A stretch of DNA of 64,000 nt from the human T2T-CHM13v2.0 reference genome, Homo sapiens. Under the pieces are notes generated by a model, which made no database searches, was not told the DNA's origin, and worked only from the letters and a program-made list of their open reading frames with translations. The stretch lies in NCBI RefSeq assembly GCF_009914755.1, contig NC_060929.1; one strand, 5' to 3'. A program made the position numbers and the translations under genes. Positions 1 through 13,600 of the stretch are shown here, in pieces; within the stretch, counting starts at the first letter, position 1, and each line of letters begins with the position of its first letter.

Positions 1-239
1 CAGTGAGTTGAATGCAAGTATCACAAAGAAGTTTCTGAGATTTCTTCTGTGTAGTTTTTATGTGAAGATATTCCCGTTTCCAAAAATCCTCAAAGCTATC
101 AAGTATCCCCTTGCAGATTCTACAAAAAGAGTGTTTCAAAACTGCTGTATCAAAAGAAAGGTTCAACTCTGTGAGTTGAGTACACACATCACAAAGTAGT
201 TTCTGAGAATGCTTCTGTCTAGTTTTTATGTGAAGTTAT

Positions 240-256
240 TTCCTTTTTCACCATAG
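240..256 (+). other. pJalpha box of an A-type monomer (representative)
   Basis: TTCCTTTTTCACCATAG fits TTCCTTTTYCACCRTAG. It recurs in many A monomers. Confidence 0.7.
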
Positions 257-1776
257 GATTCAAAGTGATCCAAATGTCCACTTCCACATACTACAAAAAG
301 AGTTTTTCAAAACTGCTCTTTGAAAGGGAATGTTTAACTCTGAGAGTTGTAGGCAAACATCACAAAGTAGTTTCTGAGAATGCTTCTGTCTAGTTTTTAT
401 GTGAAGATATTCGCGTTTCCAACGAAATACTCATCGCTGTCCTAATATCCACTTGTAAATTCTACAAGAATAGTGTTTCAAAACTGCTGTATCAAAGGAA
501 AGATTTAACTCTGTGAGATGAGTACGCACATCACAAAGTAGTTTCTGAGAATGCTCCTGTCCAATTTTTATGTGAAGATATTTCGTTTATCGCCATACAT
601 ATCAAATCGATACAAATGTCCACTTGCAGATTCTACAAAAAGAGTGTTTAAAAACTGCTCTGTGAAAAGCAATGTTCGAATCTGTGACTTGTGTGAAACA
701 TCACAAAGAAGTTTCTGAGAATGCTTCTGTCTAGTTTTTAGGTGAAGATATTCCCGTTTCCAATGAAAGCCTCAAATCTATCAAAATATCCACTTGCAGA
801 TTCTACAAAAAGAGTGTTTCAAAACTCCTGTATCAAAAGAAAAGTTCAATTTGGTGAGTTGAGTACACACATCACAGAGTAGTTTCTGAGAATGCTTTTG
901 TCTAGTTTTTATGTGAAGATATTTCCTTTTTCAGCATAGGATTCATGGCCCTCAAAATGTCCACTTGCAGATATTACAAAAAGAGTTTTTCAAAACTCTT
1001 CCATGAAAGGGAATGTTCAACACTGTGAGATGAATGAAAACATCTCAAAGAAGTTTCTGAGAATGCTTCTGTCTATTTTATATGTGAAGACATTCCTGTT
1101 TCCAACGAAATCCTCCCAGCTATCCAAATATCCACTTGCAGACTCTACAGAAAGAGTGTTTCAAAACTCCTCTATAAAAAGAAATGTTCAACTCTGTGAG
1201 TTGAGTATACACATCAAAAAGTAGTTTCTGGGAATTCTTCTGTCTAGTTTTTATGGGAAGCTATTTCCTTTTTCACCATAGGCCTCAAAGCGCTCTAGTA
1301 TTCCACTTACAGATTCTACAAAAAGAGTGTTTCGAATCTGCTCTGTGAAAGGGAATGTTCCGCTCCATGAGTTGAACGCAAACATCACAAAGTAGTTTCT
1401 GAGAATGCTTCTCTCTAGTTTTTATGAGCAGATATTCCCGTTTCAAATGAAAGCGTCAAAGCTATCCAAATATCCACTTGCCGATTCTACAAAAAGAGTG
1501 TTTCAAATCTGCTCTATCGACAGAAAGTTTCAACACTGTGAGTTGAGTACACACATCACAAAGAATTTTCTGAGAATGCTTCCTCTGGTTTTTATGTGAA
1601 GATATTTCCTTTTTCACCACAGCCATCAAATCTCTCCAAATGTCCACTCCCAGATACAACAAAAAGAGTGTTTCAAAACTGCTTTATGAAAGAGAATGTT
1701 CAACTCTATGAGTTGAATGCAAACATCACAACTAAGTTTCTGAGATTGCCTCTGTCTAGTTTTAATGTGAAGATAT

Positions 1777-1793
1777 TCCCGTTTCCAACGAAA
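1777..1793 (-). other. Canonical CENP-B box
   Basis: TCCCGTTTCCAACGAAA is the reverse complement of YTTCGTTGGAARCGGGA. Confidence 0.9.
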
Positions 1794-2460
1794 GCGTCAC
1801 AGCTATCCAAATATCCACTTGCAGAGTCTAAAAAAAGAGGGTTTCAAAGCTGCTCTACCAAAAGAAGAGTTCAACTCTGTGAGTCGAGTTCACACATCAC
1901 AAAGAAGTTTCTGAGAATTCTTCTGTCTAGTTTTTATGGAAAGATATTTCCTTTTTCACCATAGGCCTCAAAGCACTCCAAGTTTCCACTTACAGATTCT
2001 ACGAAAAGAGTGTTTCAAAACTGTTCTATAAAAAGGAATGTTCAACTGAGTGAGATGAATGCAGGCATCACAGAGAAGTTTCTGAAAATGCTTCTGCCTA
2101 GTTTTTATGTGAAGATATTCCCGTTTCAAACGAATTCCTCAAAGCTATCAAAATATCCACTTGCAGACTCTACAAAAAGAGTGCTTCATAGCTGTTCTAT
2201 CAAAAGAAAAGTTCAGTTCTGTGAGGTGAGTACACACATCACAAAGAAGTTTAAGAGAATTCTTATGTCTAGTTTTTATGTGAAGATATATCCTTTTTCA
2301 CTATAGGCCTCAAAGTGCTCCAAATGTCCACTTCCAGATATCACAAAAAGAGTGTTTCAAAACTGCTCCATGAAAGGCACCGTTCAACTCTGTGAGTTGA
2401 ATGCAAACATCTCAAAGCAGTTTCTGAGAATGCTTCTGTCTAGTATTTATGTGAAGATAT

Positions 2461-2477
2461 TCCCGTTTCCAACGAAA
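2461..2477 (-). other. Canonical CENP-B box
   Basis: TCCCGTTTCCAACGAAA. Confidence 0.9.
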
Positions 2478-2972
2478 TCCTCAAAGCTATCCAAATATCC
2501 ACTTGCAGACTCTACAAAAAGAGTGCTTCAAAACTCCACTATCAAAAGAAATGTTCAACTCTGTGAGTTGAGTACACATATCACAAAGAAGTTTTTGGGA
2601 GTTCTTCTGTCTAGTTTTTATGGGAAGATAATTCCTTTTTCACTATAGACCTCAAAGCGCTCCAAGTTTCCACTTACAGATTCTGCAAAAAGAGTGTTTC
2701 AAAACTGCTCTATGAAAAGGAATGTACAACTCTGTGAGTTGAATGGAAGCATCACAAAGAAGTTTCAGAGAATGCCTCTGTCTAGTTTTTATGTGACGAT
2801 ATACCCGTTTAAAGCAAAGGCTTCAAATCTGTCCAAATATCCACTTGCAAATTCAACAAAAAGAGTTTTTACAATCTGCTCTATCAAGAGAAAGTTTCAA
2901 CTCCGTGACTTGAATGCACACATCACAAAGAAGTTTCTGAGAATGCTTCTGTCTATTTTTATGTGAAGATAA

Positions 2973-2989
2973 TCCCGTTTCCAACGAAA
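2973..2989 (-). other. Canonical CENP-B box
   Basis: TCCCGTTTCCAACGAAA. Confidence 0.9.
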
Positions 2990-5900
2990 TCCTCAATGAT
3001 GTCCTAATATCCACTTGTAAATTAGACAGGAAGAGTGTTTCCAAATTGCTGTATCAAAGGAAAAGTTTACCTCTGTGAGTTGAGAACACACATCACAAAC
3101 TAGTTTCTGAGAATGCTTCTGTCTACCTTTTATGTGAAGATATTTCTTTTTTTACCATACGTATCAAATCGCACAAAATATCCACTTGCAGATTCTACAA
3201 AAAGAGAGTTTCAAAACTGCTCTATGAAAGGAAATGTTCAACTCTGTGAGTTGAATGGAAGCATCACAAGGAAGTTTCCGAGAATGCTTCTGTCTAGTTT
3301 TTATGTGAAGATATTCCCGTTTCCAATGAAAGCCTCAAAGCTTTCAAATATCCACTTGCAGATTCTAAAAAAAGAGTGTTTCAAAACTGCTGTATCAAAA
3401 GAAACGTTCAACTCTGTGAGTTGAGTACACACATCACAAAATAGTTTCTGAGAATGCTTCTGTCTAGTTTTTATGTGAAGATATTTCTTATTTCACCATA
3501 GGCCTCAAAGTGCTCCAAACGTCCACTTCTAGATACTACAAAAGAGTGTTTCAAAACTGCTCTATGAAAAGGAATGTTCAACTCTGTGAGTTGAATGCAA
3601 ACATCACAAAGGAGTTTCTGAGAATGCTTCCGTCTAGTTTTTATTCGAAGATATTCCTGTTCCCAATGAAATCCTCCCAGCTATCCAAATATCCACTTGC
3701 AGACCCTACAAAAAGAGTGTTTCAAAACTGCTCTATCAAAAGAAAACTTCAACTCTGTGAGTTGAGTACACACATCACAAAGAAGTTTCTGAGAATTCTT
3801 CTGTCTAGTTTTTATGGGAAGAGACTGACTTTTTCACAATAGGCCTCTAAGCGCTCCAATTTTCCACTTACAGATTCTACAAAAAGAGTGTTTCTAAACT
3901 GCTCTAAGAAAAGGAGTGTTCAACTCAGTGAGTTGAATGCAAGTATCACAAAGTAGTTTCTGAGAATGCTTCTGTGTAGTTTTTATGTGAAGATATTCCC
4001 GTTTCCAAAGAAAGCCTCAAAGCTATCCAAATATCCACTTGCAGATGCTACAAAAAGAGTGTTTCAAAACTGCTGTATCAAAAGAAAGGTTCAACTATGT
4101 GAGTTGAGTACACCCATCACAAAGAAGTTTCTGAGAATGCTTCTGTCTAGTTTTTATGTGAAGATATATCCTTTTTCACCATAGGATTCAAAGCGATCCA
4201 AATGTCCACTTCCAGATACAACAAAAAGAGTGTTTCAATACTGCTCTATGAAAGGGAATGTTCAATTCTGTGAGTTGAATGCAAGCTTCCAAAGAAGATT
4301 CTGAGATTGCTTCTCTCTAGTTTTAATGTGAAGATATTCCCGTTTCCAAAGAAAGCCTCACAGCTATCCAAATATCCACTTGCAGAGACTACAAACAGAG
4401 TGTTTCAAAACTGCTCTGTGAAAAGAAGAGTTCAACACTTTGAGTTGAGTACACACATCACAAAGAACTTTCTGAGAATTCTTCTGTCTAGTTTTTATGG
4501 GAACATATTTCCTTTTTCACCGTAGGCCTCAAAGCGCTCCAAGTTTCCACTTACAGATTCTACAAAAAGAGTATTTCAAAACTGCTCTATGAAAAGAAAC
4601 GTTCAACTCTGTGAGTTGAGTACACACATCGCAAAGAAGTTTCTGAGAATGCTTCTGTCCACTTTTTATGTGAAGATATTTCCTTTTTCACCATACGTCT
4701 CAAATCGCTACACATGTCCACTTGCAGATTTCACAAAAAGAGTGTTTCAAAACTGCTCTATCAAAAGAAAGGTTCAATTCTGTGACTTGAGTAAACCCAC
4801 CAAAGGGAAGTTTCTGAGAATGCTTTTGTCTGCTTTTTATGTGAAGATATTTCCTTTTTCAATGCAGGCATCAAAGGTCTCCAAATGTCCACTTCCAGAT
4901 ACAAGAAAAATAGTGTTTCAAAACTGCTCTATGAAAGGGAATGTTCAATTCTGTGAGTTGAATGCAAACATCACAAAGAAGTTTCTGAGATTTCTTCTGT
5001 CTAGTTTTATGTGAAGATATTCCCGTTTCCAACAAAAGCCTCACAGCTATCCAAATATCCACTTGCAGAGTCTACAAAAAGAATCTTTCAAAACTGCTCT
5101 GTGTAAAGAAGAGTTCAACTCTATGAGTTCAGTACACACATCACAAAGAAGTTTCTGAGAATTCTGTCTAGTTTTTATGGGAAGATATTTCCTTTTTCAT
5201 CATAGGCCTCAAAGCACTATAAGTTTCCACTTACAGATTCTACAAAATGAGTGTTTCAATACTGCTCTACGAAAAGGAATGTTCAACTCTGTGAGTTTAG
5301 TGCAAACATCACAAAGACGTTTCTGGGAATACTTCTGTCTAGTTTTTAGGTGAAGATATTCTGGTTTCCAACGAATGTCTCAAAGCTATCCAAATATCCA
5401 CTTGCAGATTCTCCAAAAAGAGTGTTTCAAAAGTGCTGTATCAAAGGAAAAGTTTAACTCTGTGAGTTGAGTACTCACATCACAAAGAAGTTTCTGAGAA
5501 TGCTTCTGTCCACTTTTTATGTGAAGATATTTCCTTTTTCACCATACGTCTCAAATCGCTACAAATGTCCACTTGCAGATTTCACAAAAAGAGTGTTTCA
5601 AAACTGCTCTATGAGAAGGAATGTTCAACTCTGTGAGTTGAGTGCAAACATCACAAAGAAGTTTCTGAGAATGCTTCTGTTAAGTTTTTAGGTGAAGATA
5701 TTCCCGTTTCCAATGAAAGCCTCAAAGCTATCCAAATATCCACTTGCAGATTCTCTAAAAAGAGTGTTTCAAAAGTGCTGTATCAAAGGTAAGGTTCAAC
5801 TCTGTGAGTTGAGTACACACATCACAAAGTAGTTTCTGAGAATTTTTCTTTCTAGTTTCTATGTGAATATATTTCCTTTTTCACCATAGGCCTCAAAGTG

Positions 5901-6383
5901 CCCCAAATGTCTACTTCCAGATGCTACAAAAACAATGTTTCAAAACTGCTCTTTGAAAGGGAATTTTCACCTCTGTGAGTTGAATGCAAACATCACAAAG
6001 TAGTTTCTGAGAATGCTTCCCTCTAGCTTTTATGAGAAGATATACCCGTTTCAATGAAAGGCTCAAAGCTATCCAAATATCCACTAGCAGATTCTTCAGA
6101 AAGAGTGTTTCAAAAGAGCTCTATCAAAAGAAAGGATCAACCCTGTCAGCTGAGTACAACCATCAAAGAGAAGTTTCTGAGAATGCTTCGTCTGGTTTTT
6201 ATGTGAAGATAATTCTTTTTTCACCACAGGCATCAAATCTCTCCAAATGTCCAAGTCCAGATACAACAAAAAGAGTGTTTCAAAACTGCTCTATGAAAGG
6301 GAATGTTCAATCATGTGAGTTGAATGCAAACACCACTAAGAAGTTTCTGAGATTGCTTCTGTCAAGTTTTAATGTGAAGATAT

Positions 6384-6400
6384 TCCCGTTTCCAACGAAA
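6384..6400 (-). other. Canonical CENP-B box
   Basis: TCCCGTTTCCAACGAAA. Confidence 0.9.
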
Positions 6401-6639
6401 GCCTCACAGCTATCAAAATATCCACTTGCAGAGTCTACAAAAAGAGTGTTTCAAAACTGCTCTGTGAAAAGAAGAGTTCGACTCTGTGAGCTGAGTACAC
6501 ACCTCACAAAGAAGTTTCTGAGAATTCTTCAGTCTAGTTTTTATCGGAAGATATTCCCTTTTTCACCGTAGGCCTCAAAGCACTCCAAGTTTCCACTTAC
6601 AGATTCTACAAAAAGATTGTTTCAAAACTGCTCTATGAA

Positions 6640-9070
6640 AAGCAAGGTTCAACTCTGTGAGTTGAATGCAGGCATCACAAAGAAGTTTCTGAGAATGCTT
6701 CTGTCTAGATTTTATGTGAAGATATACCCGTTTAGAATGAAGGCCACAGAGTGGTCCAAATATCCACTTGCAGATCCTACAAAAAGAGTGTTTCAAACCT
6801 GAACTATCAAAGGAAGGTTCAACTCTGGGATTTGAAGGCAAACATCACAAAGAAGTTTCTGAGACTGCTTCTGTTTAGTTAGCTGAAATTATACCGTTTC
6901 CAACGTAATCCTCAGAGAGGTCCAAATATCCACTTGCAGATTCTACAAAAAGTGAGTTTCGAAACTCCTCCATTCAAAGGAATGTTCAGCTCTGTGAGTT
7001 AAACTCAATCATCACAAAGAATTTTCTGAGAATGCTTCTGTCTTGTTTTTATATGAAGTTATTTCCTTTACTATGGTAGGCCTCAAAGAGGTCCAAATAT
7101 CCACTTGCAGATTCTACAAAAAGAGTGTTTCAAACCTGAACTATCAAAGAAAGGTTCAACACTGTGAGTTGAATGCAAACATCACAAAGAAGGTTCTGAG
7201 AATGCTTCTGTTTAGTTATGTGAGGTTTATCCCGTTTCCAAGGAAATCCTCAGAGAGGTCCAAATATCCACTTGCAGATTCTACAAAAAGTGTGTTTCGA
7301 AACTGCTCCATCAAAAGGAATGTGCAGCTCTGTGAGCTAAACTCAATCGTCACAAACAGTTTTCTGAGAATGCTACTGTCTAGTTTTTAGATGAAGTTAT
7401 TTCCTTTACTACCATAGGTCTCAAAGCGATCCAAATCTCCACTTGCAGATTCTACAAAAAGAGTGTTTCCAAACTGCTCTATCAAAGGGAATGTTCAACT
7501 CTGTGACTTGAATGCAATCATCCCAAAGTAGTTTCTGAGAATACTTCTATCTAGTTTTTACAGGAAGATATTCCCTTTTCCACCACAGGCCTCAAAGCCC
7601 TCCAAATGTCCACTTGCAGATTCTAGAAAAAGAGTGTTTCAAAGCTTCTCTCTCAAAAGGAAAGTTCAACTCTGTGAATTGAATGCAAACATCACAAAGA
7701 AGTTTCTGAGAATGCTTCCGTTTAGCTTTTATGTGAAGATTATCCCGTTTCCAGTGAAATCTTCAAAGAGGTCCAAATATCCACTTGCAGATTCCACAGA
7801 AAGAGTGTTTCGAAACTGCTGTTTGAAAAGGAATCTTCAACTCGGTGAGTTGAATGCAATCATCACAAAGAAGTTTCTGACAATGCTTCTCTCTAGTTTT
7901 TATGTGACGATAATTCGTTTTCCACCACAGGCCTGAAAGCGCTCCAAATGTCCACTTGCCGACACTAAGAAAAGAATGTTTCAAAACTGCTCTATGGAAA
8001 GCAATGTTAAACTCTGTGAGTTGAAAACAAACATCACAAAGGAGTTTCTGAGAATGCTTCTGTTTAGTTTTTATGTGAAGATATTCCCGTTTCCAAAGAA
8101 ATCTTCAAAGAGGTCCACATATCCACTTGCAGATTCTACAAAAAGAGAGTTTCAAAAATGCTCTATCAAAAGGAGTGTTCAACTCCGTGACTTGAATGCA
8201 ATCATCACAGAGAAGTTTCTGAGAAGGCTTCTGTCTAGATTTTATGTGAAGGTATACCCGTTTCGAACGAAGGCCACAAAGTGGTCCAAATATCCACTGG
8301 CAGATCCTACAAAAAGAGGGTTTCAAACCTGAACTATCAAAGGAAGGTTCAAGTCTGGGATTTGAATGCAAACATCACAAAGAAGTTTCTGAGACTGCTT
8401 CTGTTTAGTTAGGTGAAGTTATCCCGTTTCCAACGAAATCCTCAGAGAGGTCCAAATATCCACTTGCAGATTCTACAAAAGGTGTGTTTCAAAACAGCTC
8501 CATTCAAAGGAATGTTCAGCTCTGTGAGTTAAACTCAATCATCAAAAAGAATTTTCTGAGAATGCTTCTGTCTAGTTTTTATATGAAGCTATTTCCTTTA
8601 CTACCACAGGCCTCAAAGTGCTCCACATCTCCACTTGCAGATTCTACAAAAAGACAGTTTCCAAACTGCTCTATCAATAGGAATGTTCAATTATGTGAGT
8701 TGAATGGAATCATCACCAAGTAGTTTCTGAGAATGCTTCTGTTTAGTTATGTGAGGTTTATCCCTTTTCCAACTAAATCCTCAGAGAGGTCCAAATATCC
8801 ACTTGCAGATTCCACAGAAAGAGTGTGTCGAAACTGCTGTTTGAAAAGGAATCTTCAACACTGTGGGTTGAACGCAATCATCACAAATAAGTTTCTGACA
8901 ATGCTTCTCTCTAGTTTTTATGTGACGATAATTTCTTTTCCACCACAGGCCTGAAAGCGCTCCAAATGTCCACTTGCAGACTCTACGAAAAGAATGTTTG
9001 AAAACTGCTCTATCAATAGGAATGTTCAACTCTGTGAGTTGAATGCAATCATCACAAAGTAGTTTCTCAG
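6640..9070 (-). repeat. SF3-like (W-monomer) alpha satellite island, ~14 monomers
   Basis: Motifs seen only in this interval: AAACCTGAACTATCAAAG (~6794, ~7132, ~8325), GAAGGCCACA(G/A)AGTGGTCC (~6740, ~8270), CCTCAGAGAGGTCC, and shortened TTTAGTTATGTGAGGTTTATCCC monomers. These resemble DXZ1/D17Z1/D11Z1/D1Z5-type sequence as I recall it. Boundaries are approximate. Confidence 0.72.
8422..8438 (-). other. Canonical CENP-B box (inside the SF3-like island)
   Basis: TCCCGTTTCCAACGAAA. Confidence 0.9.
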
Positions 9071-10643
9071 AATTCTCTTTCTACTTTTTATGTGGATATA
9101 TTTCCTTTTTCGCCATAGGCCTCAAAGTGCCCCGAATGTCCACTTCCAGATGCTACAAAAACAGTGTTTCAAAACTGCCTTTGAAAGGGAATGTTTAACT
9201 CCGTGAGTTGAATGCAAACATCACAAAGTAGTTTCTGAGAATGATTCCCTCTAGTTTTTATGAGAAGATATTCCCGTTTCAAATGAAAGCCTCAAAGCTA
9301 TCCAAATATCCACTTGCACGTTCTACAAAAAGAGTGTTTCAAAACTGCTCTATCAAAAGAAAGGTTCAACTCTGTGAGTTGAGTACACCCAACACAGAGA
9401 TGTTTCTGAGAATGCTTCTGTCTGGTTTTTATGTGAAGATACTTCCTTTTTCACCGCAGGCATCAAAGCTCTCCAAATGTCCACTTGCAGATACAACAAA
9501 AAGAGTCTTTCAAAGCTGCTCTATGAAAGGGAATGTTCAATTCTGTGAGTTGAATGCAAACATCACAAAGAAGTTTCTGAGGTTGCTTCTGTCTAGTTTT
9601 AATGTGAAGATATTCTCGTTTCCAACGAAAGCCTCACAGCTATCCAAATATCTATTTGCAGAGCCTACAAAAAGAGTGTTTCAAAACTGCTCTATGAAAA
9701 GAAGAGTTCAACTCTGTGAGTTGAGTACACACATCACAAAGAAGTTTCTGAGAATTCTTGTGTCTAGCTTTTATGGAAGATATTTGATTTTTCACCGTCG
9801 GCCTCAAAGCGTTCCCAGTTTCCAATTACAGATTCTACAAAAAGAGTGTTTCAAAACTGATCTATGAAAAGGAATGTTCAACTCTGTGAGTTGAATGCAG
9901 TGAGTTGAATCACAAAGAAGTTTCTGAGAATGCTTCTGTCTAGTTTTTATGTGAAGATAATCCCATTTCCAACGAAATCCTCAAAGCTATCCAAATATCC
10001 ACTTGCAGACTCTACAAAAAGTGTGTTTCAAAACTGCTGTATCTAAAGAAAGTTTCATCTCTGTGAGTTGAGTACACACATCACAAAGTAGTTTCTGAGA
10101 ATGCTTCTGTCTATTTTGTAGTGAAGACATTTCCTTTTTCACCATATGATTCAAAGCGCTCAAAATGTTCACTTCTAGATACTTCAAGAAGAGTGTTTCC
10201 AAACTGCTCTTTGAAAGGGAACGTTTAACTCCGAGAGTTGAATGCAAGCCTCACAAAGTAGTTTCTGAGAATGCTTCTGTCTAGTTTTTATGTGAAGATA
10301 TTCACGTTTCCAACGAAATACTCATCGCTGTCCTAATATACCCTTCTAAATTCTACGAAAATAGTGTTTGCAAACTGCTGTATCAAAGGAAAGGTTTAAC
10401 TCTGTGAGTTGAGTACACACATCACAAAGAAGTTTCTGAGAATGCTTCTGTCCCCTTTTTATGTGAAGATATTTACTTTTTCACCATACGTCTCAAATCG
10501 CTACACATGTCCACTTGCAGATTTCACAAAAAGAGTGTTTCAAAACTGCTCTATGAAAAGGAATGTTCAACTCTGTGAGTTGAGTGCAAACATCACAAAG
10601 AAGTTTCTGAGAATGCTTCTGTCTAGTTTTTAGGTGAAGATAT

Positions 10644-10660
10644 TCCCGTTTCCAACGAAA
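10644..10660 (-). other. Canonical CENP-B box
   Basis: TCCCGTTTCCAACGAAA. Confidence 0.9.
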
Positions 10661-13600
10661 GCCTCAAAGCTATCCAAATATCCACTTGCAGATTCTCCAA
10701 AAAGAGTGTTTCAAAAGTGCTGTATCAAAGGAAAGGTTCAACTCTGTGAGTTGAGTACACACATCAGAAAGTAGTTTCTGAGAATGCTTCTTTCTAGTTT
10801 TTATATGAATATATTTCCTTTTTCACCATAGGCCTCAAAGTGCCCCAACTGTCCACTTCCAGATGCTACAAAAACAGTGTTTCAAAACTGCTCTTTGAAA
10901 AGGAATGTTCAACTCCGCGAGTTGAATGGAAACGTCACAGAGTAGTTTCTGAGAATGATTCCCTCTAGTTTTTATAAGAATATATTCCCGTTTCAAATGA
11001 AAGCCTCAAAGTTGTAAAAATATCCACTTCCAGATACTACAAAAAGAGTGTTTCAAAACTGCTCTATCAAAAGGAAGGTTCAACACTGTGAGTTGAGTAC
11101 ACCCATCACAGAGAAGTTTTTGAGAATGCTTCTGTCTGGTTTTTATGTGAAGATACTTCCTTTTTCAATGCAGGCATCAAAGCTCCCCAAATGTCCACTT
11201 CCAGATACAACAAAAAGAGTGTTTCAAAGCTGCTCTATGAAAGGGAATTTTTAATTCTGTGAGTTGAATGCAAACATCACAAAGAATTTTCTGAGATTGC
11301 TTCTGTCTAGTTTCAATGTGAAGATAGTCCCGTTTCGAATGAAAGCCTCACAGCTATCCAAATATCCCCTTGCACAGTCTACAAAAAGAGTGTTTCAAAA
11401 CTGCTCTATGAAAGGAAGATTTCAACTCTGTGAGTTTAGTGCACACATCACAAAGAAGTTTCTGAGAATTCTTGTGTATAGTTTTTATGGGTAGATATTC
11501 CCTTTTCCAGCGTAGGCCTCAGATCGCTCCAAGTTTCCACTTACAGATTCTACAAAAAGAGTGCTTCAAAACTGCTCTATGAAAAGGAAGGTTCAACTCA
11601 GTGAGTTGAATGCAGGCATCACACAGAATTCTCTGAGAATGCTTCTGTCTCGTTTTTATGTGAAGATAATCCCGTTTCCAGCGAAATACTCAAAGCTATC
11701 CAAATATCCACTTGCAGACTCTGCAAAAAGAGTGTTTCAAAACTGCTGTATCTAAAGAAAGGTTCAACTCTGTGAGTTGAGTACACACATCATAAAGTAG
11801 TTTCTGCGAATGCTTCTGTCTAGTTTTTATGTGAAGATATTTCCTTTTTCACCACAGGATTCAAAGCGCTCCAAATGTCCACTTCCAGATACTACAAAAA
11901 GAGTGTTTCAAAACTGCTCTTTGAAAGGGAATGTTTAACTCCGAGAGTTGAATGCAAACCTCACAAAGTAGTTTCTGAGAATGATTCTGTCTTGTTTTTA
12001 TGTGAAGCTATTCGCTTTTCCAATGAAATACTCATCGCTGTCCTAATATCCACTTGTAAATTCTACAAGAATAATGTTTCAAAACTGCTGTATCAAAGCA
12101 AAAGTTTAACTCTGTGAGTTGAGTACATACATCTCAAAGAAGTTTCTGAGAATGCTTCTGTCCTCTTTTTATGTGAAGATATTTCCTTTTTCACCATACG
12201 TCTCAAATCGCTACAAATGTCCACTTGCAGATTTCACAAAAAGAGTGTTTCAAAACTGCTCTATGAAAAGGAATGTTCAACTCTGTGAGTTGAGTGCAAA
12301 CATCACAAAGAAGTTTCTGAGAATGCTTCTTTCTAGTTTTTATGTGACTATATTTCCTTTTTCACCATAGGCCTCAAAGTGCCCCAAACATCCACATCCA
12401 GATGCTACAAAAACAGTGTTTCAAAACTGCTCTTTGAAAGGGAATGTTCAACTTCCTGAGTTGAATGCAAACATCACACAGTAGTTTCTGAGAATGCTTC
12501 CCTCTATTTTTCATGAGAAGATATTCCCGTTTCAAATGAAAGCCTCAAAGCTATCCAAATACCCACTTGCAGATTCTACAAAAGCAGTGTTTCAAAACTG
12601 CTCTATCAAAAGAAAGGTTCAATTCTGTGAGTTGAGTACACACATCACAGATAAGTTTCTGAAAATGCTTCTGTCCGGTTGTTATGTACAGATACTTCCT
12701 TTTTCACTGCAGGCATCAAAGCTCTCCAAATGTCCTCTTACAGATACGATAAAAAGAGTGTTTCAAAGCTGCTCTATGAAAGGGAATGCTCAGTTCTGTG
12801 AGTTGAATGCAAACATCCCAAAGAAGTTTCTGAGATTGCTTCTGTCTAGTTTTATTGTGAAGATATCCCCGTTTCCAACGAAAGCCTCACAGCTGTCCAA
12901 ATATCCACTTGCAGATTCTCCAAAAAGAGTGTTTCAAAAGTGCGGTATCAAAGAAAAGGTTCAACTCTGTGATTTGAGTACAGACATCATAAAGTTTTTT
13001 CTGAAAATGCTTCTTTCTAGTTTTTATGTGAATATATTTCCCTTTTCACCATAGGACTCAAATTACCCCAAATGTGCACTTCCAGATGCTACAAAGACAG
13101 TGTTTCAAAACTGCTCTTTGAAAGGGAATGTTCAACTCCGTGAGGTGAATGCAAACATCACAAAGTAGTTTCTGAGAATGCTTCCCTCTAGTTTTTATCA
13201 GAAGATATTCCCGTTTCCAATGAAAGCCTCAAAGCTATCCAAATATACACTCGCAGATTCTACAAAAAGGGTGTTTCAAATCTGCTCTATCAAAAGAAAG
13301 GTTTAACTCTGTGAGTTGAGTACACCCATCACAGGGAAGTTTCTGAGAATGCTTCTGTCTGGTTTTTATGTGAAGGTACTTCCTTTTTCACCGCAGGCAT
13401 CAAATTTCTCCAAATGTCTACTTCCAGATACAAGAAAAAGAGTGTTTCAAAGCTGCTCTATGAAAGGGAATGTTCAATTCTGTGAGTTGAATGCAAACAT
13501 CACAAAGAAGTTTCTGAGATTGCTTCTGTCTTGTTTTAATGTGAAGATATTCCCGTTTCCAACGAATGCCTCACAGCTATCCAAATATCCACTTTCAGAG

